In this document: positions 55,188-63,866 of the stretch, one piece after another | Position numbering within the stretch: position 1 is the first letter of the stretch | Layout: every line of letters starts with the position of its first letter | IMG/VR virus record: IMGVR_UViG_3300050030_000022 | Span: 1-64,000 of that record | From: a virus | DNA length: 64,000 nucleotides | Direction: 5' to 3' (one strand) | The notes under the pieces: generated by a model | The model's database searches: none | What the model was told of the DNA's origin: nothing | Seen by the model: only the letters and a program-made list of their open reading frames with translations | Position numbers and translations under genes: made by a program

Positions 55188-57760
55188 AAAAACTATTATT
55201 GTTTTGTTTTATAGCATTAATTAGTTGTTCGGTTTTTGCTCAGGTCAAGTCAGATGCGGACATGAACACCTATAACAATACTTATATCAAACCCAACAAT
55301 ACAGGCGCGATAAAGGCGACTATGCACAACACCCTGAATAAGTATATCATCAACTCCAAAATCAACCGGGACTCGATTGGTAATGTGCAGGTATTGGGTG
55401 ATACGGCTTTGGTGGTCATTTATAAGAATAACCCGCCTGATACGGTACAAATAGTTAATGCCTCCACAAGCGGATGGGCGACTTCTGGAGATTACGTTTA
55501 TTTAATCAATGTCGGCGATAGTGTAGGGATTGGAACAGCCTCTCCGGGTTATAAATTATTTGTCAACGGTGGTTTTGGCGGGTCAACTTATATGGTTTTA
55601 CAACCTACTGCAAAATCAGGGGCACGTGACGGGCAGATTTATAATGATGTAGATAATCATTTATATTATTATAATGGATTGGCGTGGAAACAACTGGACA
55701 ACGCTTCAGGGGAGGTGGACATCTCAGGTGATACGTTATTTGTCAACGGCGATACGATAATCGTAAGCCCAAACTACTGGGCTAAGGACATAGCCGGCAA
55801 TATTACCAATAACAATACCGGAGATGTACGGATAGCTAACGACATCCAATTTGTCGCCGGTCAAACGCACGCTATCGGGATTACAAATAACACACCTTAT
55901 CCCGGCAATCACCTGTTAATCCAGTCTGGTATAGGGACGATAACAGGAACTTCCATTGCGGGAAACATCTACATAACGCCTCCTTTAGCGGACACGCCCG
56001 GCAATGTTATTCTAAACGTGGACACAGCCGGAAACAAAAATGGATTCACCGGGATTGGCGTGGCAGTGCCGCAGCAAATGTTAGACGTTGGCGGACAGAT
56101 CAAGGTTCATTCGTTGGACACCTTAATCGGGAAGCATCTTATTTTGGTATTTGACGAAACGGATAGCACTCTGGCAGTGATTCCATTTGATTCTGTGGGG
56201 GGTGGGGGTGCTTCCCTGTGGTATCTCTCCGGTGATACCGCTAATACTGTTTATAACGTGAAGTTGGATTCTAATTTATTCCTGAATAAAAACCTTAATC
56301 TTGTCACAACAACCGCAACAGACGGGCAGATAAAGCAAAATGGAACGACAGTATTTCATACTTATCACGAAAAGGGGGACAATAACTTATTTATCGGACA
56401 GGGTGCGGGAAATTTTACAGCTGATTCAAGTGGTAATATAGGAATAGGTGCAAGTGTATTAGATGCTTTAACTATAGGATATAGAAATGTTGCAGTTGGT
56501 TATAAGGCACTTGATAAATGTTATAAAGGTTTTGAAAATGTAGCAATAGGGTTTGAATCATTGTATAATGATACAAGTGGTACTAAAAACACAGCAATAG
56601 GTGCATATGCACTTGCTGGAAATTTAAAAGGAAGTACTAATACGGCTATTGGAAGTGCAGCATTATATTTAAATTCTATTGGTATTAGTAATACCGCATT
56701 AGGTTTTGCGACTTTGTATAATAATGCAGGAGGTTATAATTCTGTAGCACTTGGATATATGGCTATGTATAATGCATATAATGGAACAAGCCTTCGTGGT
56801 ACTTATAATACCGCTATTGGCTATGAAGCCATGAAAGGTAGTGCAATCCCTGCAAACAATACTGGTCAATATAATACAGCTATTGGCTATCAGGCATTAG
56901 ATGCAATGACATCAGGCGAAAAAAATACCGCCATTGGTGTAGATGCATTGGGCGCAAATACAACCGGCTCCAATAATATCGGCATAGGTTACAACGCAGG
57001 CAATACAGCAGCTTATGCAACCCTTTCTAATCGCATCTACATTGGAACCGGTGACACTGCGACCGCACCGATTTATGTGAATGCGGGTATCGGTAAGACA
57101 ACCATCAACGGCGACCTTCATGTCACCGGCAACCTGACAGTAGACGGCACCTCTCCCGGCGGTGCTGAAAGTGATCCCGTCTGGATAGCAGATAGTTCGG
57201 CTTTTCTTAGAACGATTGACACCAATACTTATGTCGCTTCGCACAAATGGGTAACGGATAAAGGGTATTTAACCGCTTTACCGGCTTCCGCTTTGGAATG
57301 GTCGGACACCACAGCAAGTGCAGGGGTAGGGGTAGGCACCTTTGACGACATAAGAGATACGGCAGCCGCTATCCGGGCAGACTTCCCCGCTCCCGGTGGG
57401 GGTGTACCGCCTGTAATCATTTCCTGGGACGGTCAGGGTGGTGTTGTTGGAACCGGAAATACAGTTTACCGGACAATGGCTTATGCCGGGACGATAACGG
57501 GCTGGTCAATCACAGCAACGGGGACTTCGCCGACTTGTACGATTGACATTTGGCGGGTGGCAACGGGTGGAACGACTTTGCCGGCGGTCGGTAATACAAT
57601 CATGGGGACAAAGCCGGCTCTATCTACCGGGAATATCATACGAAGCACCACTTTAACGGCGTGGAACCCTGTGGCTTTTTCAGCCGGGGACACTTTCGGG
57701 TTTAATATAGGCGCCTGTGCGGCTGCTTTAAAAATAACATTTTCTTTAACGATACAATAA
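55184..57760 (+). CDS. Tail-fibre/adhesin-like protein with Sec signal peptide and NTAIG beta-roll repeats
   Basis: MKKLLLFCFIALISCSVFA|Q; VGIGT..P; 14-aa N(T/V)A(I/L/V)G..AL repeats; ESDPVW; coupled to the nozzle gene. Confidence 0.7.
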   Translation: MKKLLLFCFIALISCSVFAQVKSDADMNTYNNTYIKPNNTGAIKATMHNTLNKYIINSKINRDSIGNVQVLGDTALVVIYKNNPPDTVQIVNASTSGWATSGDYVYLINVGDSVGIGTASPGYKLFVNGGFGGSTYMVLQPTAKSGARDGQIYNDVDNHLYYYNGLAWKQLDNASGEVDISGDTLFVNGDTIIVSPNYWAKDIAGNITNNNTGDVRIANDIQFVAGQTHAIGITNNTPYPGNHLLIQSGIGTITGTSIAGNIYITPPLADTPGNVILNVDTAGNKNGFTGIGVAVPQQMLDVGGQIKVHSLDTLIGKHLILVFDETDSTLAVIPFDSVGGGGASLWYLSGDTANTVYNVKLDSNLFLNKNLNLVTTTATDGQIKQNGTTVFHTYHEKGDNNLFIGQGAGNFTADSSGNIGIGASVLDALTIGYRNVAVGYKALDKCYKGFENVAIGFESLYNDTSGTKNTAIGAYALAGNLKGSTNTAIGSAALYLNSIGISNTALGFATLYNNAGGYNSVALGYMAMYNAYNGTSLRGTYNTAIGYEAMKGSAIPANNTGQYNTAIGYQALDAMTSGEKNTAIGVDALGANTTGSNNIGIGYNAGNTAAYATLSNRIYIGTGDTATAPIYVNAGIGKTTINGDLHVTGNLTVDGTSPGGAESDPVWIADSSAFLRTIDTNTYVASHKWVTDKGYLTALPASALEWSDTTASAGVGVGTFDDIRDTAAAIRADFPAPGGGVPPVIISWDGQGGVVGTGNTVYRTMAYAGTITGWSITATGTSPTCTIDIWRVATGGTTLPAVGNTIMGTKPALSTGNIIRSTTLTAWNPVAFSAGDTFGFNIGACAAALKITFSLTIQ

Positions 57761-57761
57761 C

Positions 57762-58967
57762 ATGAAAAAATACTTATTGATATTAATGATATTGCCCCTG
57801 CTTAGTTTTGGCGGCAAACGCTATTGGGTCGGCGGGGGGGCCTCGGCCAACTGGAGTGCAACCGGTAATACTAATTGGTCATTGACTTCCGGCGGGGCAG
57901 GTAATGCAGCCGTCCCGGGTACGAGTGATTCAGTTTATTTTGACGGGGCGGGAAGTGGAAATTCCGCTTCGACCATCTCGGCAACGATAACGGTAATGAG
58001 ATTTGAGATTACATCAGGTTACACGAATACGATAACTCACAATGCCGTTCTGACCTGCTCAGGTGATTTCACCCTTAACACCTCTTACACTATTGCGGGG
58101 AGTTCACCTGTCACGCTTTCGGGTACTTGTACCATTACATCTGGCGGCAAAACATGGCCTAATGCAATGACATTTTCTGGAGCGAACACAAAAACACTTT
58201 CTGGTAATTTAGTAATTTCAGGAGATTTAACTCTTTCAACTGCGAATAGTATTATTAATTGGACGACAAATGAAACCTTATCATGTGCGGGACTAATGAT
58301 CAGTGGAAGTCAAGCAGCTGGCACGGCTAAAATTATAGTAACTGGCGGAATACTTTATATGAACTCTTCAGGTTATATGGCTGGAAATAATATAGATATT
58401 CAGGGAAATGTAACGATTGGAGTAAATTTTGGGTTCGGAAATTCGAAAACATTAACTTATGTAAGCGGAACAGTCACAACTACTTCATCAACATTTTATA
58501 TATTAGGGAGTTGTACTTTAAATACTGCCGGAATTGCGTGGAATAATATTTATGTTAACTCAGATGCGACTATTACTAATAATTCTTTATTAACGGTTAC
58601 CGGAACATATACAATGGCATCATGGAATGTTTCATGGCAAGGAAACTATGGGTTTACCGTTGGAACTTTAGTCATGTCGTCAACTTCAAATTCAAGTGCC
58701 CTTACCCTAAATGATGGGGTGACTTATACCGTAACAACTGTCTTGCAGGCATATCTTTCCAGAAAGGGTTCTATTGTGACAATCACATCAGACGATGCAA
58801 CGAATAAAGCAATATTAACCCTTAATCAGGGAGCGACCTGTAACGTTTTGGCGAACCTTACAAGGATAGACGCCTCGGCGGGCAGAACGATTTTCACATT
58901 TAACGGAACAATAACAAACTGCCTGAATGTGGTCGAAATGCACGACCGGGCAACGGTAGGAAACTAA
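57762..58967 (+). CDS. Exported beta-helix/passenger-like protein
   Basis: Signal peptide; RYWVGG...NWS..SGG...VP...D.VYFD; T/S/G/N-rich beta strands. Confidence 0.65.
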   Translation: MKKYLLILMILPLLSFGGKRYWVGGGASANWSATGNTNWSLTSGGAGNAAVPGTSDSVYFDGAGSGNSASTISATITVMRFEITSGYTNTITHNAVLTCSGDFTLNTSYTIAGSSPVTLSGTCTITSGGKTWPNAMTFSGANTKTLSGNLVISGDLTLSTANSIINWTTNETLSCAGLMISGSQAAGTAKIIVTGGILYMNSSGYMAGNNIDIQGNVTIGVNFGFGNSKTLTYVSGTVTTTSSTFYILGSCTLNTAGIAWNNIYVNSDATITNNSLLTVTGTYTMASWNVSWQGNYGFTVGTLVMSSTSNSSALTLNDGVTYTVTTVLQAYLSRKGSIVTITSDDATNKAILTLNQGATCNVLANLTRIDASAGRTIFTFNGTITNCLNVVEMHDRATVGN

Positions 58968-59050
58968 CATTTAAAACTGGCAAAAGAACACTGGAACCTG
59001 AAAAGATACCAACCTAAAATTATAGACGATTAACACTTAAAACTAACAAT

Positions 59051-59935
59051 ATGAAAACAATTAAAACACTTTTCTTAATTTCTTTACTGACTTTTGCTTT
59101 GGCAAGTCAGGGGCAGACAACGCAATTATACTATAAGGGTTGCGGCAAAGTGCAATCAAAAACGTTTGATCTGACTTATGGAACCAACGGTCAAGATAAA
59201 CCCGTGGGCAACCATTTTAAATTCTGTCTTTTAAAAGACGGGAACTATTTGTATGGTCAGGATGCACTTACTGAGGCTGAAAAACCTGTTTGGGGTGATA
59301 ATCAAAATCGAACAATCGAAGAGTTGTTACCTCATTTGACGCCCGATGTCGGCGTGAAATTCTTATACAGTAATAACTGGCATCCAATAGCCGTGGATAG
59401 CCTGCCAACTACACTGGGTACTACCTATCAACTAAGAGTTTGGAGTGGGAATTATTCTGGTGGTCAAAAAACATATTACAAATCCAGTGAAATGCCCTTT
59501 GAGTCGGTACAGTATTGGCTCAGCATTGGTTTTTTTACGGAATGGAAACAATATAATTTGCCTGACCGAACTGCTTCAATAAACCCTGACTGGATCAATA
59601 ACGAAGCGATCCGTACCGTTGAACGTGCGGAATACAAACAGATTGTACAGGAATACTTTGCCCTCATGGGCGACTACTCGTTTCCGACTTTTCCAACTAA
59701 CCCTTCTGCGTTAGGTGGCTGTGACAGTTGGGTATGGAAAATCCAGTATAGCGGAGAATCCTGGCAAACCTTAACAGTTGATCCGACCTTTTGGCTTGCA
59801 TCACCAAATGGATTCCCTATAATTCTTTACAGGGAAATTCCGATAAGTTGCAAATACTATAATTTGCAATGGGATAGCAAGATAAATAATACGATATCGG
59901 GCGAAGATCGAGTGAAAAGACTTTTAGGAATGTAG
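59051..59935 (+). CDS. Exported protein of unknown function
   Basis: MKTIKTLFLISLLTFALASQG|Q signal peptide. Confidence 0.6.
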   Translation: MKTIKTLFLISLLTFALASQGQTTQLYYKGCGKVQSKTFDLTYGTNGQDKPVGNHFKFCLLKDGNYLYGQDALTEAEKPVWGDNQNRTIEELLPHLTPDVGVKFLYSNNWHPIAVDSLPTTLGTTYQLRVWSGNYSGGQKTYYKSSEMPFESVQYWLSIGFFTEWKQYNLPDRTASINPDWINNEAIRTVERAEYKQIVQEYFALMGDYSFPTFPTNPSALGGCDSWVWKIQYSGESWQTLTVDPTFWLASPNGFPIILYREIPISCKYYNLQWDSKINNTISGEDRVKRLLGM

Positions 59936-59958
59936 CGTCCGTCACAACATAGATTTTC

Positions 59959-59984
59959 AAACCCCGTATTTAACGGGGTTTTTT
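59959..59984 (+). terminator. Rho-independent terminator ending the tail operon
   Basis: AAACCCCGT-ATTTA-ACGGGGTTTTTT. Confidence 0.85.
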
Positions 59985-60023
59985 ATTATACCTTATATTA
60001 TTATTAAATATATTTTATAGTTT

Positions 60024-60056
60024 TTGTAAAATGTTGTGCAAAACGACTTACCTTCG
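60024..60056 (+). promoter_or_regulatory. Class-1 promoter for the recombination operon
   Basis: TTGT-N8-GTGCA-N8-TACCTTCG. Confidence 0.7.
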
Positions 60057-60084
60057 TATTCTATTTTTCATGGTTGGGTTGAAC

Positions 60085-60118
60085 AGGGCGGGTGCAATAC
60101 GGGGGTATTCCCCGCCCT
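60085..60118 (+). promoter_or_regulatory. GC-rich 5' leader hairpin before ssb
   Basis: AGGGCGGG..AATAC-GGGG-GTATT..CCCGCCCT. Confidence 0.5.
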
Positions 60119-60137
60119 TAATTTAAAAACTGATATT

Positions 60138-60599
60138 ATGGCTTCTGTAAATAGCATCACATTATTAGGCAGGGTTGGAAAAGACCCTGAAACACGACAG
60201 TTGAACGGCGGAAAGAAGGTCTGCAACCTTACTGTTGCTACATCCGAAACCTTTAAGGATAAGGATGGAAATAAAAAAGAAGCAACCCAATGGCATCAGG
60301 TGACGGCATGGGGCGCAACGGCTGACATTATTGAAAAGTACGTCCATAAAGGCGATCAACTTTATGTTCAGGGGCAGTTGATATATGAACAATGGGAAGA
60401 TAAGGACGGCGTTAAACACACAACCGCCAAGATTCGTGCTGGCCAGGTGGTTTTGTTGGGTAGCAAAAAACCTGACAATATGAGTCAGCCGACCAATGAG
60501 GCAATATCCGAACCAACAAATAATGAAACCGGGGACGACTTACCCTTCATTATAACCATCCTTCTGGCGGTAGGCACACTATTACCATTTATGATATAA
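60138..60599 (+). CDS. ssb: Single-stranded DNA-binding protein with hydrophobic C-terminal extension
   Basis: MASVNSITLLGRVGKDPE, TQWHQV..W, KGDQLYVQG; DDLPF followed by 16 extra residues. Confidence 0.9.
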   Translation: MASVNSITLLGRVGKDPETRQLNGGKKVCNLTVATSETFKDKDGNKKEATQWHQVTAWGATADIIEKYVHKGDQLYVQGQLIYEQWEDKDGVKHTTAKIRAGQVVLLGSKKPDNMSQPTNEAISEPTNNETGDDLPFIITILLAVGTLLPFMI

Positions 60600-60603
60600 A
60601 TAT

Positions 60604-60792
60604 ATGCCACAGAAAATGCCATCGGGACTAAAGAGGCTCATCCGCCAACGCACCGGAAAGAGTTGGTACATCATTACCAGAACGCTGAACGGGAAACGTG
60701 TGGACGACACTCTGCTGCAACAGATTAAATCCATTGTCGCTGAATACGCTGCATCTAAGGACGATGTAATGCAACAAATAAAGGAATTATGA
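60604..60792 (+). CDS. Small Cro-like HTH protein
   Basis: LKRLIRQRTGKSWYIITRTLNG. Confidence 0.45.
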   Translation: MPQKMPSGLKRLIRQRTGKSWYIITRTLNGKRVDDTLLQQIKSIVAEYAASKDDVMQQIKEL

Positions 60793-60928
60793 TCTGGCTC
60801 TACGTCATCGGCTCACTTCTGATCGGTGCAGCAATCGGCTGGTACATCCGTGGAAAAGTGGATGAATTTGAACGCGACATTGAGAAAATATTTGAAGATG
60901 CTTTGAAAGAATTGTAAAAATTAACATT

Positions 60929-61918
60929 ATGCCTGAATTAACCTTGCCTTACATTTCCGCACCCAACGAAATCCCCAACGACACTTACCACAACAGGGAA
61001 GAATACGCTAAGTTTATCAGTTCCTCCGAACTAAAACAAATGATCATCTCCCCCAAGTGGTTCCGGTATTTCCAGGACAACCCCAACGACACCCGGACTA
61101 TCTCATTAGAAAACTCAATGAAGGGTAGTGTTTACCATGATATGCTTTGTTCAATTACCAATGTGGGTAACTTGTCGGGTTTTGAAAAGGATTGGGCGAT
61201 ATTTAACCCGCCTGTAAATTTAAAGACAGGCAATCCCTTTGGTTTTGATTCACAGGCTTATTTGGGTGCATACCAGGAATTTGTTGCGTTAAACCCCGGC
61301 AAGCAAATCTGTGGACAACCTGAGATTGATCTTGCGAATGCAATGATAAAAGAACTGCGTTACGGCAACAAACACCTGTCCGATGATATTAACTTTCTGA
61401 TCAAGAACGGCAAGGCGGAACAGTCCCATTTCTGCGAATATGAGGGCGGGTTTTTTAAATTCCGCACGGACTTAAAGACGACTACTAAAATTGTCGATTG
61501 GAAATCCTGCCAGGCGGAAACCCCTAAAATAGAAAATTGGTCAAAGCAAGTGGTCAAGATGGGTTACGATTTATCAGCCGCCTTCTATCAGTTCTTTGAC
61601 TTTATCATCACTGGCAAATGGAAAACCTATTATTGGGTTGCACAGGAGAAAGTGCCTCCCTTCGACTTCAATATCATTGATGCCTCGAATTGGGCGTTTG
61701 AAATCACCAGAGATGCAGAAACGGGCGAACAAATTCCCATACCGCATTCCGGGGCGCAGAAATTCATTAAATTAATGGAGATTTACCTGCAATGTGCCGA
61801 AAAGGATGATTGGCCGGGGTACAGCGTCTTTACCCAACCAGACTACCGGGGACGTAGAATAGCCGTGTCACAAGTGCCAGGATATGAAAGCTCAAAAATG
61901 CTTAACTTCTATTTATAA
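60929..61918 (+). CDS. RecE/DUF3799-like PD-(D/E)xK exonuclease
   Basis: YH....ISSSELK, GSVYH, AEQS, KFRTD....IVDWKS, GYDLSAAFY, QEKVPPF, WPGY. Confidence 0.8.
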   Translation: MPELTLPYISAPNEIPNDTYHNREEYAKFISSSELKQMIISPKWFRYFQDNPNDTRTISLENSMKGSVYHDMLCSITNVGNLSGFEKDWAIFNPPVNLKTGNPFGFDSQAYLGAYQEFVALNPGKQICGQPEIDLANAMIKELRYGNKHLSDDINFLIKNGKAEQSHFCEYEGGFFKFRTDLKTTTKIVDWKSCQAETPKIENWSKQVVKMGYDLSAAFYQFFDFIITGKWKTYYWVAQEKVPPFDFNIIDASNWAFEITRDAETGEQIPIPHSGAQKFIKLMEIYLQCAEKDDWPGYSVFTQPDYRGRRIAVSQVPGYESSKMLNFYL

Positions 61919-61936
61919 ATTTAACACTTAAATCAC

Positions 61937-62821
61937 ATGAACGAATCAACAGACATCCAAATCGTACACAGCGACATCACGACCTACGAACAATCCGTAA
62001 GGGCGGAGGTGGACATTCAGATCACCACGGCAAAGAAATACCCCCGTGATCTGGAGCGCTTTATGAAAAACTCCATGTTCGCCGCTACCCATACCGATGC
62101 GGCAGCGATCAAATGCGGGTACACCCTGCCCCGTGGCGACAAAAAGATTCAGGGTGCTTCGGTTCATCTTGCCCGAATCCTGGCGCAGAACTTCGGCAAC
62201 ATCCGTATTGCGGCCAAAGGGTTGTCCATTTCGGATAATTATGTAACCGCCGAAGCGGTCTGCATGGATTTGGAAACCAATATGGCAGTCCGTGTGGAAA
62301 CCCGGCAAAAGATTCTGGACAAAACCGGAAAGCGGTTCAATGAGGACATGATTGGAATAACCATGCTGGCCTGTATCGCAAAGGCTGAACGCAACGCCAT
62401 CTTGCATGTTATTCCATCCTCATTCACGGATGAAATCTACCTGGCAGCACAAAAGAAGCTGATCGGGGACGTGAAAAAGAATCCGAAATCATTACAGGAA
62501 ACCCGCACGACCGCCCTGAAAGCATTTGAGGACAAGTACGGTGTCAAGCAAGACATGATCCTTAAATACTTCGGCAAACAGAAGGTGGAACAGTTGGATG
62601 CCGAGGATGTCGTATCTTTGCGCGGACTTTACCAGGCTTTGCATGACGGTGACGCAACCGTGGAGGGCACATTCGGCGAGGGTGAGAACCCGGATGGTGA
62701 AAAAGTAAAGGAAAAGGCGGATAAGTTTGCCGAGGAAGAATTACCTCCCGACCAGAAGGACAACGCCGTGCCGGGACGCACTGAGGAAAAGCCCGCCGGG
62801 GATTTATTCGACAAAAAGTAA
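61937..62821 (+). CDS. Putative ssDNA-annealing recombinase
   Basis: Follows the exonuclease; AEVDIQITTAKKYPRD, YTLPRG..IQGASVHLA, AKAERNAIL.VIP; acidic tail. Confidence 0.55.
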   Translation: MNESTDIQIVHSDITTYEQSVRAEVDIQITTAKKYPRDLERFMKNSMFAATHTDAAAIKCGYTLPRGDKKIQGASVHLARILAQNFGNIRIAAKGLSISDNYVTAEAVCMDLETNMAVRVETRQKILDKTGKRFNEDMIGITMLACIAKAERNAILHVIPSSFTDEIYLAAQKKLIGDVKKNPKSLQETRTTALKAFEDKYGVKQDMILKYFGKQKVEQLDAEDVVSLRGLYQALHDGDATVEGTFGEGENPDGEKVKEKADKFAEEELPPDQKDNAVPGRTEEKPAGDLFDKK

Positions 62822-62827
62822 AACCCC

Positions 62828-62848
62828 GTGCAGAATTGTTTACCTTTA
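62828..62848 (+). promoter_or_regulatory. Class-1 promoter upstream of the tRNA-like element
   Basis: GTGCA-N8-TACCTTTA. Confidence 0.55.
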
Positions 62849-62879
62849 ATTAATAATTAGTGTTCTTTATTTAATGGTT

Positions 62880-62953
62880 TCCGGTAATGATTGGATGGTT
62901 ATCGCTACGGCTTTAAGCCACAAAACCTGCATGTTCGACCCATGCTACCGGAG
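62880..62953 (+). tRNA. Degenerate tRNA-like element, anticodon UUA
   Basis: Acceptor TCCGGTA/TACCGGA+G; T-arm GCATG-TTCGACC-CATGC; D-arm GAT-TGGATGGTT-ATC; anticodon loop CT-TTA-AG on a stem with two mismatches; no encoded CCA. Confidence 0.55.
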
Positions 62954-62968
62954 CAAATAAATGAAAAT

Positions 62969-63673
62969 ATGACATATCGTAAAAATTGTTTCGTCTGTGG
63001 GGGTGAATTTGAAGGTTTCGCAAATCAATACCTTTGCGGAAGCAGGCAATGTGAGAACGAAAGACGCTATCAGACTGAAAACTTCCCCAATACCGCATTC
63101 ATCTTTACTTGTAAATGGTGCGGTCACGAATTTGAAAAGCGCGGTCAGATTTATTCTGTCTGTGACGACCCCTTGTGTCAATCACTACAAAAACGCGCAA
63201 CTTCAACATGGTATTGGAAAAAGGCGTATCGCAAACAGAAGAATGCTTATTTGGAATTAATGCTGAGAATGGGGCAAAAGCAAGTCCCTCGATTAGATAG
63301 TGGCAAAGACCCGACAAGATATTGCGATGAATTGTTTGCCACGCAAGACCTACAAGATTACCACCATCTGATCGCTAAAATAATCTGCAATAAGTTTGCC
63401 ATGACCGAAAATATGTTATGGCTCAAAACAAAAATTTACCCCATCCAAACCGCCCGGCAACTATGCCATTACTTTGGTCGGAAGTTCAACAAAGGCACTC
63501 AGGAATTTACGGGCAAGGTTTTCGGCGGACGCAGTTATTCTACCGTCAGAAATAACGCTTTAGTCATGTCGGGGTTAGCTGAATACGGAAGTAACAATAA
63601 ACCGGCGGATATGTTTTATCATAAACTTGTTTGTGAAATTCAGGGCGAATTAGCCCATAAAATATTAAATTGA
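62969..63673 (+). CDS. Zn-finger protein with C-terminal DnaA domain-IV-like HTH
   Basis: CFVCG..CGSRQC and CKWCG..CDDPLC; ARQLCHYF.......GKVFGGRSYSTV; start placed after the tRNA-like element. Confidence 0.65.
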   Translation: MTYRKNCFVCGGEFEGFANQYLCGSRQCENERRYQTENFPNTAFIFTCKWCGHEFEKRGQIYSVCDDPLCQSLQKRATSTWYWKKAYRKQKNAYLELMLRMGQKQVPRLDSGKDPTRYCDELFATQDLQDYHHLIAKIICNKFAMTENMLWLKTKIYPIQTARQLCHYFGRKFNKGTQEFTGKVFGGRSYSTVRNNALVMSGLAEYGSNNKPADMFYHKLVCEIQGELAHKILN

Positions 63674-63855
63674 TGGCATACAAGTATAGTAATTTTGGTT
63701 ACGACGGGTGTTCCTGTATGGAAGAAGTGCCTGACTTTTGCATAATCTGTGGCGAAGTCTGCGGGGACGATCCTGATTACTGCGATAAGCATTTGGCTGA
63801 GAAGCAGCAAGAGAGGGAGTATCCATTATTTAATGAAATTTTATCTAATCTTTAA
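63670..63855 (+). CDS. Small Cys-rich protein
   Basis: CIICGEVC...YCDKH. Confidence 0.45.
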   Translation: MMAYKYSNFGYDGCSCMEEVPDFCIICGEVCGDDPDYCDKHLAEKQQEREYPLFNEILSNL

Positions 63856-63866
63856 ATACTAATATT

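Noticed and set aside
62891-62968. Longer N-terminus for the Zn-finger/DnaA-like ORF
   Set aside because: It starts at TTG and overlaps the tRNA-like structure; the ATG at 62969 after an A-rich leader is more plausible.
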